Shown: in pieces, positions 1 to 13,858 of the stretch
Numbering within the stretch: position 1 is the stretch's first letter
How the letters are laid out: every line of letters begins with the position of its first letter
Assembly (NCBI RefSeq): GCF_000142905.1
Contig: NW_013657619.1
Coordinates: 131,173 to 195,172, forward strand
From: Thecamonas trahens ATCC 50062
Taxonomy: Eukaryota > Protista > Apusomonadida
Length of the DNA: 64,000 bases
Direction: 5' to 3'
The notes under the pieces: generated by a model
What the model saw: only the letters and a program-made list of their open reading frames with translations
Told to the model about the DNA's origin: nothing
The model's database searches: none
Position numbers and translations under genes: made by a program

Positions 1-3000
1 GTTGCCGAGCTCGAGGCGCAGGCCTCGCTTCGCGATGCACGGACCCAGGAGCTCGAGGCGCAAGCCTTGGTCGCCCTTGAGACGTCTCGTGCCCGTATTT
101 CCGAACTCGAGGCGCTGACCCTCGAGACAAACGAGTTTAACGCAGCGCTTTCTGCAGAAGTTTCGGAGGCGCGCCATGCCGAGGCCGAGGCTATCTACGA
201 GCGCGACCAAGCGCTGGCGCAGCTTGAAGCCCTTCATGTGACCGCGCGGGCGAGGGCGGAACAGGCGGCGAAGCTCGATGAGCGGCTAGAGCTGCTTGAC
301 ACGTCGATCAACACCCAGCTCATGACCGGCGCTGAGCTCGAGGCGGTCATCGCCGAGCGTGACGGGGTGGCTACCGAGCGCGATGCCGCGCATGTCGCGC
401 TCCGCTCTGCCCGTGCAGAGGTGAACGCCGCTCAGGCCCGCGCCGCCGAGCTTGATGCGCGCGCGCAAGCAATGGAGAGCGCTCACATGGCCAGCTCGGC
501 TCGCGCTGATGAAATGCAGGCGCTTGCGGATGAAGCTGCTGCACTTAATGCCGCGCTTGCTGCTGAGCACAACGCCGCGGTCACAGCCCGTGCCGAGCTG
601 GAGCACGAGCAGGCTGAGCTTACCGCTCGCGTCGCGGCTCTCTCGTCGGAGCGAAGCGACCTCCATGCGCGGCTAGAGAAGGCTGCCTCCGAGCGCGAGG
701 CTCTTGTCGCGCAGCTCTCGGGCTCGCAGAGCCCTGTTCAGGCACTGAAGGCTGCAGAGGCTCAGATTGAGAAGCTCGAGAAGCAGCTCATTGCACCCGA
801 GCAAGCGCTCGCCGATGCCCATGTGCTCTTGGCCGAGCAAGCGCAACGGCTGTGCACGCGTGATGAAGAGCTTGCTACCGCGCACATGCGCGTCGGGGAG
901 CTCGAGAGCCTACTTGCCGGTGCCAACACGCGTGTGACAGAGCTCCAGAGCGCACTAGAGTCATCCACGCGACCCGAAAGACATAACCTCGACGACAATT
1001 CACTTGTTGTCGAGATGGAGAACACGCTGACAGGTGCACATGCCCGCATTGCTGAACTTCTGGCTGAGCGCGACGGCCTGACAGCTGCGTTGGCGAGACA
1101 CGAGGCTCGGGCGCGCGAGCTTGAGTCGAAGGTTGCCAACCTCGACTCGTCGCTACACGAGGTCGCTGAGAATGCCGAGGACAAGGCGCGATCTGAGCTT
1201 GCTGACCTCAAGGCAGAGCGCGATGCTGCGGTTGCCGAGCTCGAATCTGTGCGCGCCCAGCTGGAGCGAGAGCATGCGCTCGGGGAGGAGAAGGTGCGGT
1301 CTGCAACAGTCGAAGTCGAGACGCTGCGAGCCGAGCTGGACGAAGCGTCGACGCTCAATGGGGCACTTGCGGTGGAAAACGCTCGGCTGGCTACGCTCGA
1401 AGCCGAGCGCGATAGCCTCGCGCAAGAGAACCAAGCGCTGTGTGAGCGTGTTGGCAAGCTCGCTGCGCTGCGCGACGATTCTGCCGCAGACGCGCGGAGC
1501 CACAAGTCGGAGGCTCTGGAGGCCTCCGCAGTTGCCATCGCTCGTCTCGAGGAGCGGCTTGCAGCCGAGCAGCAGAGCCGCGAGGTTGTCGAGCGCGAGC
1601 GGGCGTCGCTGATAGAGGCCATGGCCCAGACGCGCGAGGCCATGGCAACCGCCATGACCTCCATGGAGCGTGAGCGTGAGGCTCACGTCCAGGCGCATGC
1701 AGCAGAACTTCGTGAGGCGCTCGCTCAAATGGATGCGCTGGAGTCTGCTAACGTGTCATTGTCGAACGAGGCCGAACGGGCGCGCCTTGATGCTTCGGCC
1801 ATACATGAGCGCAGCGATCGCGAGTCTGAGACCCGGGTGGAGTTTCTTGAGGCCGAGGTTGTCCGCCTTCTCGGTGAGGTGGCTAGCGCGCGTTCTGACG
1901 CCGCTGCAGCTGCTGCCGATACGACGCCCGCTGCTGATCCCACTCTAGACGGTGCTACCGTAGAGGAACTTCAGGCCCGCCTTGCCCACCACCAGGCGAG
2001 TGCTGAGCAGTACCAGGCTCGTGTCCTGAGTGTTCTTCGCGGTGCCGAAGCGCTTGTGGACGGCCCTATCAACTCGATCGCTGACGTCCTGCGTGCAATG
2101 TCTGCGCTAGAGCTCGAGCGCGACATGGCACGTGACTCGCTGGCTTCGCTTCGCGAGCACGCTGCTAGCTCAGACGCCGAGTTGGCCCGGACCAAAGCTC
2201 AGGCAGCGGTCCTTGGTGACAAGCTCGAGGTTGCGCTCGCAGAAAATGCCACGCTCCAACATCTTGTGACTCGGCTCCAGTCCGCGCTGGCTGAGGAAAC
2301 CGCGCGGTGGAGCGAGGCTGCCTCTCGCGAGCGCTTTGCGCGCGCTTCAGCCGACTCTTCATGGATCTCGCGCCTCGACGATATGGGCGAGCAGCTCGAT
2401 GCTTCGCTCGCCGCCAACTCGACCCTCTCGCACGAAGAACACATGCTGCGAGGGCAAGTCGACGATCTTCAGGCCGTCGTCCGTGGAGCCCATGGCTCTC
2501 TAGACGCACACCTTGAGACCTTGCAGCAGATGCGGGCGTTGGCTTGTGAGTTTGTGGCGCCTGCGGAGCCTGGCGATGTTTCGCAGGACATTGCCGATCA
2601 GGCTCGCGAAGTGGAGGCCGGTATGGCAGAGCTCGAGGCCGCGCTGCTGGAGGCCCGCCACTTTTCGCTCTCGTCATCGTCTGTGGCCACACTCTCGGAT
2701 GCCTCGTTGGTGAGTCATGAGTCGCACATTGGCGTGGCTGCTAGCGACGATCGGGCTACCCAGCTGGAGGTCGAGCTTGCCGAGCGCAATCGCCTCATTG
2801 CTGATGTTGTGGCCGAGGTGCGTGGCACACTCGGACTCCGCCAGGTCGAGGTCGCCCGGGTTGTCCGCGCTGCTGTCGAGCTCATCGACGCGCGCGCACC
2901 TGACGCTGGGATCCGGGCTGAGGTCGTTGAGCTCCGTGGCATGCTTGAAGCCGAATCCATGCGGTTTGAGACCGCTCGGGCTCGTGCTGTAGACGCAGTG

Positions 3001-6000
3001 TTTGCGGGCAAAGAGGCTGAGCTAGAGGAGACTCTGGCCGAGGTTTCTGCCCAGCTTTCGGCGCGCGATGCTGAGCTTGCTGCTACGGTGTCCTCGATGC
3101 GTGCTCAGGCTGCACGAGTGACCGAAGCTGCCAATGTCGCAAGAGCACTGGTTGATGCCGGTATGCCTGACGAGGGCCTTCGGACTGAAGTCCTTCGACT
3201 CTCCGAAGCACTCGAGGTAGCACAGGCGGAGGCTATCGATGCGCTGCTTGTTCAGGACGATGCCGACTCGTCAGCAGATAGTGCAATCTCGTGTTCAGGA
3301 AGTGCGGTGTCAGACATTGCCCCGCCTCTTCCTCTTGAAGGGCTCGCCTCTGACACTCCCGAGTCTGACGGTGCTCGGCGCGATGCTGACCGCGAGCTTG
3401 ATGCTCTTTGTATCGAGCTGGCAGCTGCGCGTGGTGCCGAGGCCAGTGCGCGGGCTCGTTTGGAGGCTGTTTGTGGAATGTTGCGGATGCACTTGGATAG
3501 CCTCGCGGCTATCGCGGTCGCAGGTGGGGAGCTTGTGGAGGCTGGGGCTGCCGGCGAATTGCTTCGAGATGAGGTTGTCCGGCTGGCGGATGCGCTGGAA
3601 GCAGCTCGTGCCCAGGCAGTCAACGAGGTCTTTGCGAACGGCCAAGATGGCGACGAGGCTCGGGATGAGCTTAATGCCGAGTTGGCACTCTCGCGAAAGC
3701 GAGAAGAGGTTCTGGAGAACCGGCTAGAGGCGATGGGTCTCGAGCTGGCCGAGTCGACAGCCAAGGTTGCTGCGCTTGAGGCCAGCGTCGACGAGCTGGT
3801 CGTGGAGGCTGATGAGCTCAAGAGGCGCGAGACCGAGGCTGCCGATGCAGCTGGAACTATGGCCCACGAATTGGACGAAGCTGAGGCTTCTGTGGCGATT
3901 CTGCAAAATGAGCTGTCGGTCTCGCGCAAGCGGGAAGAGGTGCTCGAGACCCGGCTGGAAGAGACGTGCCTTCAGCTGGCTACGCTGAGTGACGACACAG
4001 TCGTGATGCGTGACAGTGTGGTCGACACGCTGCGGGCACGGCTGGCGGTGCTGGCCGAAGCCGCCGCGGCTGCAGATGGTCTCATTGTCGCAGGGGGCGA
4101 ACCGGTTGATGCGCTTCGGGATGAAGTTGTCCGACTGGCGGATGCGCTGGAAGCAGCTCGTGCCCAGGCAGTCAACGAGGTCTTTGCGAATGGCCAAGAC
4201 GGCGACGAGGCTCGGGATGAGCTTGATGCTGAGTTGGCACTCTCGCGAAAGCGAGAAGAGGTTCTGGAGAACCGGCTAGAGGCGATGGGTCTCGAGCTGG
4301 CCGAGTCGACAGCCAAGGTTGCTGCGCTCGAGGCCAACGTCGACGAGCTGGTCGTGAAGGTTGATGAGCTCGAGAAGCAAAAGGCTGAAATGGCGAAGCG
4401 TTTGGCTGCCCTGCAAGACGAGCTGGGCGAGGCTCGCGAACACAAACGTCTCCTCGAGGCGCGGCTGACGAAGTCTGGTGTAGAGCAAGCTGCGCTGGGA
4501 AAGGACTTGGTCGGTACTCTGCGGGCAAGACTTACAGTTGTGGCTGAAGCGGCCAATGCGGCAGGCGATCTTGTCGCGGCCGGCATTGTCGATGAGTTGC
4601 TTCGTGGCGAAGTTGATCGGCTGACCGTAGCGCTGGAGGCTGCGCGCGCCCAGGCTGTCAACGAGGTGTTTGCGGGTGAAAAGCCCAGTGATGAGACTGA
4701 TCCGGAGCTTGAAGCTGAACTGCTTCTCTTGCGGGAGCGAGAGGCGGAACTGGAGAACAAGCTAGAGGTGGCTGATCGTGAGCTGGCTGAGTCGACCGCC
4801 GAGGTTGCTCGGCTTGAGGCCGAGATTGGCGAGGCCAAGGCGCGCGAGGCCGCGGTCACCGCAGATTTGGCCGCGACGAATGCCGAGCTAGTGGAAGCCC
4901 GCTCAGCGCTGGGTTCAGTGGTTGTCGTTGACGATACGACAGTAAGTGCACGGCTGGATGACTTTAATGTGAGCAGCGATGATGATGGTGACGATAATAA
5001 CGAGCTGGAGCCTGGCGAGTCGATGCTGGACGTGAGCGAACTTCGGGAGACACTCGGAGATGCATGTGAGGATGCCGAGGACCGGCTGGTCCAAATCCGC
5101 CGGATCATGCGCGTGGCCGGCGAGCTGGTCGAGTCATGGGCAATGCCTAACGAGCGGCTGCGCAACGAGATCGCCGAGCTGCGTGAGGAGCTGGCGGTGC
5201 GTGCACAGCGGGAGCACCTCTCGCTTGATGAGTTCAACCTGAGTGACGAAGAGCCCGGGTTTGACGTCAGCGATTCGTCCTCGGTCTCGTCGCTTGAGTG
5301 TTCGATTGCGGACACGCCGGTCGTCCGCCGGGCTGCGGTCGCTCTCGCACATGCGTCGCCGCAATCGCCAACCGTTGCACTTCCTGCCGCCGGCAGTGCC
5401 TCTGAGTTGGATGTGTTGCGGGTGCAACACGCGCGCCTTTCCGATTTGCTTGCAGCGCTGATGGCGACCGAGGGCAGTGAGGCAGGGGCTGCAGCGGTGG
5501 CACAAATGGAGGAGCTCGCAGCCGAGAATGCACGCCTCCGCCATGACAGAGGACTCTTGTCGGACGCTGAAGCTGGATTCCGAGCACGCGACGCTGGAAG
5601 CGAAGCTGAGCTAGCCAAGGCAGCGGCCAAAATTCGGATGCTGGAGGACACGCTGAAGGAGGCGAAGACCGAGGCCGATGCCGAGCGGACCTTGATGACA
5701 CGACGTGGTATCGCCATGGCGGAAAAGTTCGAGTCCGCCCAGAAGCTTCTCCGCCAGTACCTCGAGTCCGAGCAGGCCGGTGAGGCGTCAACGACGCGGC
5801 TTGTTGAGCAGCTGACTGAGGACAAGCTTGCGCTTGAAGGCCAGCTGGAAGATGCCAAGGCCAAGTCAAGGCAAGCCATAGGTTTGGAGCGCAAGCTGGC
5901 TGAGGCACAGATGGAGCTCCAGGTGAATGCACGCAAGTACGAGGCGCGTCTTGTGGCGCTGGAGGCCAAGCACTTGCGGGTGAAGAGCATGCTAGAGACC

Positions 6001-9000
6001 GTGCTGGAGCGCGAGGACGGGACCGCAAACAACGTGCTGGTGGCAAACGTCGAGTCGCTGCTGGACGAAATCGCCGAGCTGCGCGGCCAGAACGATGCGC
6101 TTTCGCGCAGCATTCTGAACACGCCGTCTGGACCACCAGACGCGATTCTTATGCCGATGCGGTCGGCAATGTCGTCGGAAGCGTCACGTGAGCATCTGCG
6201 GGAGCGGTACGAGGTTGTCTCGGAAGAGAAAGCGCGCTTGGAGGGCGAGGTGACGCGACTTGGCGAGGCACTTTCTGCACACGAGGCTGCGCTCTGCGCG
6301 TTGGCTGAGGAGCACAAGGCGGCGCAGGCGGCGCGTGGCGACGTAGACACGGAGACGATGCGGCTCCAAGAGGCCAATTCGCGGCTCCGTGACCAGCTTG
6401 GGAGGCTCAATGCCGACCTTGCCGAGGCGCACGGCGCAGTAGATGAGGCGCAGGCCAAAGCCAACGAGGCGCTGCGGCAGGCCGCGGCCGCCGAGGCTGA
6501 CCTTGCTGCCGAGCGCGAAGCCGGTGAGCTACGTGAAGAGCGGCTTGCGGCGCGGCTCAATGCGCTGATGGAGAAGTTTTATGTGGTCCAGAGCGCGCTG
6601 GCGTCGTATGCAGACGACGAAGAGTCTGGAGCGGAGAAGCTGAGCGCACAACTGGTGCGGCTATCGTCGGAAAAGTCGCAGTTGGAAGAGGAGCTTGCGG
6701 CAGCCGAGGCGCAGGCGCAGCAGGGCATTCTTTTGGAGCAGAGGCTGCAAGAACGCGAGCGTGAGGTCGAGGCCCGTGACGGGCGGTATGAGGCCAAGAT
6801 CTCGGCGCTAGAAAACCGACTTAGCCAGTTGATGAGTCTTGTGGCGCAGGCACTGGAGGGTGAGGACGCGGCCGGGTCGATTGTGGAGCGGGTTGGGTTC
6901 CTTGCGGAGGAGAACGAGGCGCTGCGCCACGAGAACGAGCAGCTGCTGGGCGTGGTTCGCCTACAGGACATGTCCGGGCGGACGTCGTCGGATCACGAGG
7001 CGCTGGACCGGCTGGCCATGGACGAGCAGTTGTCGCGGGCGCGGGCACGGATTGCGATTGCCGAGAGTGCCAAGGTGGAAGCTGAAGTGCGCGCCGAACA
7101 GGCGCGAGCGCGCGCACTTGCCCTGGAAGAGGCTGCCACCGGACGATTTGAGGACTCGGGGCTAGCCGATGAGTTAGAGCGGCTACAAGTGATGTGGCGC
7201 GAGAGCGAGGCGAGCAAGACAGAGCTCGAGGTCGAGGTGGCCAAGATGGAGGCGCGAATCCGGGCCAGTGCAGCAGACACAGCTGCGCTATCGCGTGTCC
7301 GGACCCGGCTGGAGGTGGCAGAGGGCGAGTTGGTCGAGTCACGTCAGCGACGCAAGAATGCCGAGGTCCGGGCTGCAGAGCTCGAGGTTATGCTCGAGCG
7401 CGCAAATGACCACATCACGCGCCTCGAGCGAGCCGTCGGGTCTGGGGATGATGCTGCGGAAGCCGATGCTGCCTCCGTTTCGGTGCTCGAAGCCATGCTG
7501 GAGGCCAAGGAGGGCGCGCTCGCAGATGCCGAGGCTGCGCACAAGCAAGTGGTGGACGCGCTCGAGAGCGCGCTTGCGGATCAGGGCCGGGTGTTGTCAC
7601 GGTCGAACGCGGCCCGCGCCGAGCTTCAAGTCCATGTGGGTGAGCTTGAGGCGCGGCTAGCCGAGCTGAGCGGCGCACCAAAGGTAGTGCTGACTCCCGA
7701 GGATAGCGTGGAGGTCCGGCAAGAGGATGTGGATGTCGGCAAGATGACTGCGCTCAAGGCGTCGCTGCTCGAGAAAGAGGCAATCATCAAGTCGCTGCGA
7801 GCTGAGGCCGAGCGGCAAGCAAGCACCGCAGCGGAGCGGATTGCTTTTCTGGAGAATGTAGGTGCCGCCGCCGAGCCGTGTGCTGTCGCCGACAACAAGG
7901 AGCCCGATGCCATAGTTGTGGAGTTGGAGGCTTTGCTGGCGACAAAGGTGGAAGAAGTCGATGCCGCTGTCGCCAAGAACGGTGAGCTGGAGGCCAAGAT
8001 CAAGAACTTGGAGTCCAGAGTCGAAGAGCAGAGTATGACTGTCGGTGAGGTCGAGTCTGTCCTGCGCGACGAGCTTACGTTAGAAAAGGCAAGGTTGGAG
8101 ACATTGAGGCTGTGGTGATCAGTCTCGAGGCCTCGCTTGCAGAGAAGACTTCTGCGATCACAACTTTGGAGGCCGAGGTCAAGAAGATGGAGGCCGCCGT
8201 CGCCGCACACGAGGTCATGCTGGAGGATGAACGGAGCGCTTCGGCTTCCAAGATCGAGGAGCTCGAGACTGTGGTGACTGGGCTTGAGGCCTCACTGGCG
8301 GAGAGGACCAGCTCAATCGCCACACTCGAGGCCGAGGCCGAGAGGATGGAGGCCGCCGTCGCCGCACACGAGGCCACGCTGGAGGATGAACGGAGCACTT
8401 CGGCGTCCAAGATCGAGGAGCTCGAGACTGTGGTGTCTGGACTCGAGGCCTCACTGGCGGAGAAGACCAGCTCAATCTCCGCACTCGAGGCCACGCTGGA
8501 AGATGAACGGAGCATTTCGGCGTCCAAGATCGAGGAGCTCGAGACTGTGGTGACTGGACTCGAGGCCTCACTGGCGGAGAAGACCAACTCAATCGGCACA
8601 CTTGAGGCCTCGTTGGAGGATGAACGGAGCGCTTCAGCGTCCAAGATCGAGGAGCTCGAGACTGTGGTGACTGGACTCGAGGCCTCACTGGCGGAGAGGA
8701 CCAGCTCAATCGCCACACTCGAGGCCGAGGCCGAGAGGATGGAGGCCGCCGTCGCCGCACATGAGGCCACGCCGGAGGATGAACGGAGCACTTCGGCGTC
8801 CAAGATCGAGGAGCTCGAGACTGTGGTGACTGGACTCGAGGCCTCACTGGCGGAGAAGACCAACTCAATCGCCACACTCGAGGCCAAGGCCGAGAGGATG
8901 GAGGCCGCCGTCGCCGCACACGAGGCCTCGTTGGAGGATGAACGAAGCGCCTCAGCGTCCAAGATCGAGGAGCTCGAGACTGTGGTGACTGGACTCGAGG

Positions 9001-12000
9001 CCTCACTGGCGGAGAAGACCAACTCAATCTCCGCGCTTGAGGCCTCGTTGGAGGATGAACGGAGCGCCTCAACGTCCAAGATCGAGGAGCTCGAGACTGT
9101 GGTGACTGGACTCGAGGCCTCACTGGCGGAGAAGACCAACTCAATCGCCACACTCGAGGCCGAGGCCGAGAGGATGGAGGCCGCCGTCGCCGCACACGAG
9201 GCCACGCTGGAGGATGAACGGAGCGCTTCAGCGTCCAAAATCGAGGAGCTCGAGACTGTGGTGTCTGGACTCGAGGCCTCACTGGCGGAGAAGACCAACT
9301 CAATCGCCATACTCGAGGCCGAGGCCGAGAGGATGGAGGCCGCCGTCGCCGCACACGAGGCCTCGTTGAAGGATGAGCGGAGCGCCTCAGCGTCCAGGAT
9401 CGAGGAGCTCGAGACTGTGGTGTCTGGACTCGAGGCCTCACTGGCGGAGAAGACCAACTCAATCGCCACACTCGAGGCCGAGGCCGAGAGGATGGAGGCC
9501 GCCGTCGCCGCACACGAGGCCTCGTTGAAGGATGAGCGGAGCGCCTCAGCGTCCAAGATCGAGGAGCTCGAGACTGTGGCGAGTGGACTCGAGGCCACGC
9601 TGGTGATGAAGACTACTTCGATCGAAACCATGTCGCGAACGATCCAGCAAGTTGAGCACGAGCGCGATGATACCGTGGCCCAAGCCGAGCGGCTTGAGGC
9701 CGAGCTGCGGAGGGCAATTGCAGCCCGCGACGCCCGTGACGCTGACCTTCTTGCTCTGGAGGACGAGCTGACGACGGTGCGAAACTCGCTCCGTGACGCC
9801 CGCTCGCAGGCGGCAGCCGCACAGACTGCATGTGACGATGCTGTATTTGAAGCCGAGTCGCTCACCTCGCGGCTCGAGGCTGAGCAGGCGCGGCTAGCAA
9901 AGACCCAAGACGAGCTGGCTGCCACCACTGAGCGTGCCGATGAGGCCGACCGCATTCTAGAGCGGTCGGCAGCTGCCATGGCTGAAGTTGACGACCTGCG
10001 GACGAGCAACACGGCGCTACTTGCCGAGATTGCGCAGCTCTCGGCTGAGGCCGAGGACCGTGTCGCCGCTGCCGTCGCTTGCCAGACCGAGCATCTCGAG
10101 GCCGAGCGCGACTCGCTGGCGTCGGCAAACGCTGCTCTGCAGAGCCAGACCGAGTCGCTACGGCTCGACCATGAAGCCTCGCTGCAAGTCTCGTCGTCAA
10201 CTATTCTCGAGCTGGAGGACGCCAAGACTGAGCTGGAGGCCAAGCTGGATGCTGCCCGCGGCGAGCGCGATGCGGCGCTAGCACTGCAGGACGAGCTGAA
10301 GGAGGCACAAGCCGGGATCGAAGCCGACCTCCGCAAGCTCGCCGAAGAGCAAGCAACCAAGGTTGACGAGCTGCAGACGCAGCTAGCGCTCGCTGAGGAG
10401 ACCGTCATGGTCCATGCAGCCGTGCTCACCGCCCGCGACCGCGACCTTGCCGACGCCCGCGCACAGCTCGAGGCAGCTCATGCCGACCTGGAGCAGATGG
10501 CGGTGCTCGGCAAGGAACTCAGCGCCAAGGCTGCCGCTGCCCAGCGCGCGGAGGCGGCGGCTGTGCAGCGCGCCGAGCGCGCCAAGGCTGCCGCCCAGGA
10601 CGCGCAGCTGCAGGCCGAGGCCATCACCTCATCGCGGAGCTCGCTGCTGGCAGATCTCCACGCGGCTCAAGCGTCACTGGAAGACTCGCGTACCGAGGTG
10701 GCCAAGCTGCGGGTAGAGGTTCAGCGCTTTGACGCCGAGCTGGCCACCGTGCGTGCCCAGAATGCCTCGCTCACCTCAGAGCTCGATGCCGAAATGATCC
10801 ACGGGGCCAAGCTTCAAGAGCAAGTCAACGCCATGCACGGACTGCGGACCCAGTCGCTCAACGCCGAAGCAACCGCCGAGGATCTACGCCGGACGCTCGA
10901 AGCCGAGACACTCGCGCGCGAGGCCGCCCAGGACGACGCGGTCGCACTCCGTGACCGTCTTGCTGCCGCCACCCGCGAGCTCACTCAGTCGCGGGCAAGC
11001 TGTGCCGATGCAATTCGCGACCGCGACGCGCTTCAGGCACGGCTGGACGCTGCACTTACACTGCAGTCGACGGTTGAGGCTCGATGCACCCGTCTTGCGA
11101 CCGAGGCCGATGCCGTGCCGCAGCTCCGCAAGGAGCTGCGCATGTTGCAGCGAAGCGTTGATGCGGCCCAGGCCGAGAATCGCGAACTCGAGCGTGCCGT
11201 CGAGGCTCAGCGCGAGCGAGTCCAGGCCGAGCGCGCGTCGGCTGCAAGCGCCGTATCCGAGCGGACAGCGGCGCTAGCAGAGGCCGAGCGAATGCGGATC
11301 GAGCTGCAGACGGCCGAGGCTGCTCTTGCCGCCGCTCAGGCGGCAGCTGCTGACGCCCGCGCCGCCGCCGACGAGGTTACTGTCGCGCTTGTCGTGCGCG
11401 ACGGCGACCACGCGTCGGCGGTCACAGCTGTCGAGACTCAAATTGCGGCCGCCCGCGCTGAGGCGCAGGCCGCGCTCGAGGCCGCGGACGCAGCCGAAGG
11501 CCGAGCCGCTCAGAGCGCCGCCCGAGTCGCTGCCGTCCAAGCCGAGCTCGCTGCCAAGGACTCTGGTCTTGCCGAGCTCCGAGCCTCGCTCACTGCTGCC
11601 CGCAACGAGCTTTCGGCAACGCGGGTTGCGCTCTCGGGGGCACAGGCCGAGGCCGAGCGCGATGCCGCTGCCGCGGCTGCTTCTGCTTCGCAGCTGGAGC
11701 AGACCAAGGTGCAGCTGGACGAGCAGATGCAACTTCTAGAGGCTGCAGATGAGCGAGCTGCACGGGCCGAACGGGCGCAGGGAGTGGCTCGCGCCGAAGC
11801 CGAGTCGGCGCGAGCCAAGGCAGTGTCTGCCGCCTCTGATGCCGCCCGTCTACGCGACGAGCTCGACACTGCGCGTCAGGCCGCCGCTGAGGCCCGGGTC
11901 GAGTTTGAGCTTGCTGACGCAGCCCGCGAGGAGGCTGTGACTTCTGCCGACGCGCTTGTGTCGCGGGTGCAAGTCCTGGGCACACAGTTGAAAGAGGCCC

Positions 12001-13631
12001 GCGTCCAGCTGCAGGCTGCGTACGACGAGGCAGCGGTGGCCAAGAGCGCGGCGGCGGAGCGCGAGCAGGATCTCCGCAACGAGTCCCAGTCGGAGATCCG
12101 CCGCCTCGAAGCCGCGCTCGAGCGCGCGCAGGCAGCAGCTGTGCAGGCAGCCGACACCGCTGCAGCCCAGACGCAGTCGGACATGCAAAGCCAATGCTCC
12201 GAGGCCGACGTCGACGCGGTGCGTGAGCGGATGAAGGACCAGTACGAGAGCCTGCTGAGCCAGGTCAAGGGCGCGCACAAAGCGGCTGCCGCCAGATCTG
12301 CACAACGAATTGCCGACTTGGAGGCGCGGCTGGAGGACGTTGAGCGAGCGGCCGACGAGGCCCGCATGGCCGCGCGCGCCGCACAGGAACGAGGCTCGGG
12401 GGCGCCGCACAGCTTGCGCCTCTCGGCCGCAGAGCTGGAGGAGATCCGGCAGGCGCTGGCAGCCGCGCTTGCCGACACCGAGCTCTCGGCTGAGATTTGT
12501 GTGCATGTCGAGGCGCTGGAAAGCAGCCTTGTGCCGCTGCAGCGGCTGCTTGAGCAGGCCGGAGCCGGGCGCGAGACTGGCGAGCTTGACGCTGACCTAG
12601 TGGTGGCAAGCGCCGCCGAGGGCCGCGGCCCAAGCCCAGCGTTTGTGGTCGAGATCGACGCCGAAGGCGATGAACCAGCAGCGCTGGTGCGGATGCTGGC
12701 CGCGCAAATGGAGGCCGAGGCGGCGTTTCTGGCAGGCGAGTCGAGCCGACTGGCCAAGGCCGGCATGGGCGTGTCGGACGAGTTGGTCTCGACGCTTCAC
12801 AGCTTGCTTGCCGAGAATGCGCAACTGCGTGCTGCAGTTGCAGCGAAAACCCGGGCGCTGGAGGATGCGGCGGAAGTCGGCGGTCGTGCGGCTGAGACGA
12901 GGATTGCTCAGCTGTTGGAGGAGCGCAGCGCGCTTGCGGTCAAGCTTGCCGAGGCGCAGAGCGCAGTGCAGGCGTCCGACCGTGCCACACAGGGCGCGGT
13001 ACGCAAGGCGCTCGTGGCTCAGGCCGAGCAGGCCGAGCGCGAGCGGGCCCGCGCGCTAGCCAAGGTCGACGACGCGGCGATGGCGCACATTGCGCGTAAT
13101 GCTGAGGCGATGGCATTAGTGCAGGCACTGGCAGCCGGAAGCCAGCCGGGTGGGTTGTCGCGGGCAGCGCGTCTGGTGGCCGACGAGGTGGCGCCTGCGG
13201 TCGATTCGCGCGAGGCCGATGCCGCGCGGAAGTGGAGCCAGGCCGAGGCGCGATACTCTGCCCACGTCGGCCAACTTGAGACCGAGCTGGCACGGCTGCA
13301 GGCCAAGCTGACTGGCACAGCTGCGCCTGACGTTGCCGATCTTCTCTCCCAGCTTCACCTGGAGCAGCAGGCGCGGGTCCACGCGCAGGCCGAGGCTACG
13401 GCGCAGCAGGCCGCCGGCGCTCGGCTCAAGACCGACATGCTTCGCGAGATCTCGCGTCTCCGCGTCAAGCTGCAGCAAGTCCAAGTCCGATTCCTCGAGC
13501 TCGAAAACGAATCCCAAGCCGAGACACTTGCCCTCAGGGTCAAGCTCCATCATGTCCTTGACGACTCTGACATCGACGCCCGCGTGATCTCCAGCCCTTC
13601 TGCGGTGACCAGCGCGCTTCATCTACGGTAA
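1..13631 (+). CDS. Giant coiled-coil protein (>4500 aa, 5' end outside window), interrupted by an apparent 1-nt deletion near 8084-8091
   Basis: ORFs 67..8118 and 8112..13631 are both Glu/Ala/Leu-rich heptad sequence, and the frame is open from base 1. The repeat register LEDERSASAS-KIEELE matches LRDELTLEK(A)-KVGDIE across the junction, but ctg-to-aag is 29 nt instead of 30, so the two ORFs are one gene. Confidence 0.85.
3570..4360 (+). repeat. Internal duplication within the coiled-coil gene (two ~230-bp near-identical copies, 552 bp apart)
   Basis: gatgcgctggaagcagctcgtgcccagg at 3589 and 4141; peptide EVVRLADALEAARAQAVNEVFANGQDGDEARDEL is repeated. Confidence 0.9.
8102..9600 (+). repeat. 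Coding tandem repeat of near-identical 159-bp (53 aa) and 117-bp (39 aa) units
   Basis: Anchor gctcgagact recurs at 8261, 8420, 8537, 8654, 8813, 8972, 9089, 9248, 9407 and 9566 (spacings 159 or 117). Confidence 0.95.
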
Positions 13632-13858
13632 CCAACGTAGCCAACTCAATCCAAACAGCAGACAGAGCCCATCATTGATCCCTCCCTCTCCTTCCCCCTC
13701 CCCCTCCCCCCCTCCCCCCCCCCCCCCCCCCGCCCCGACCCGCGACCGCCAGTCGGTGACCCGCTCCGGCCGGCCAGTGAGCCGCTGTCGGCCAGCAAGC
13801 CAGCCAGTTCCGCAGCAAACAGCAAGCCAGCACTTGACGTCCTCCCCTCTCCAGCCGG

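Noticed and set aside
3972-10429. Long antisense ORFs (862 aa, 784 aa and many shorter ones)
   Set aside because: Ser/Ala/Arg-rich shadows of the GC-rich, codon-biased sense gene; no independent motifs.
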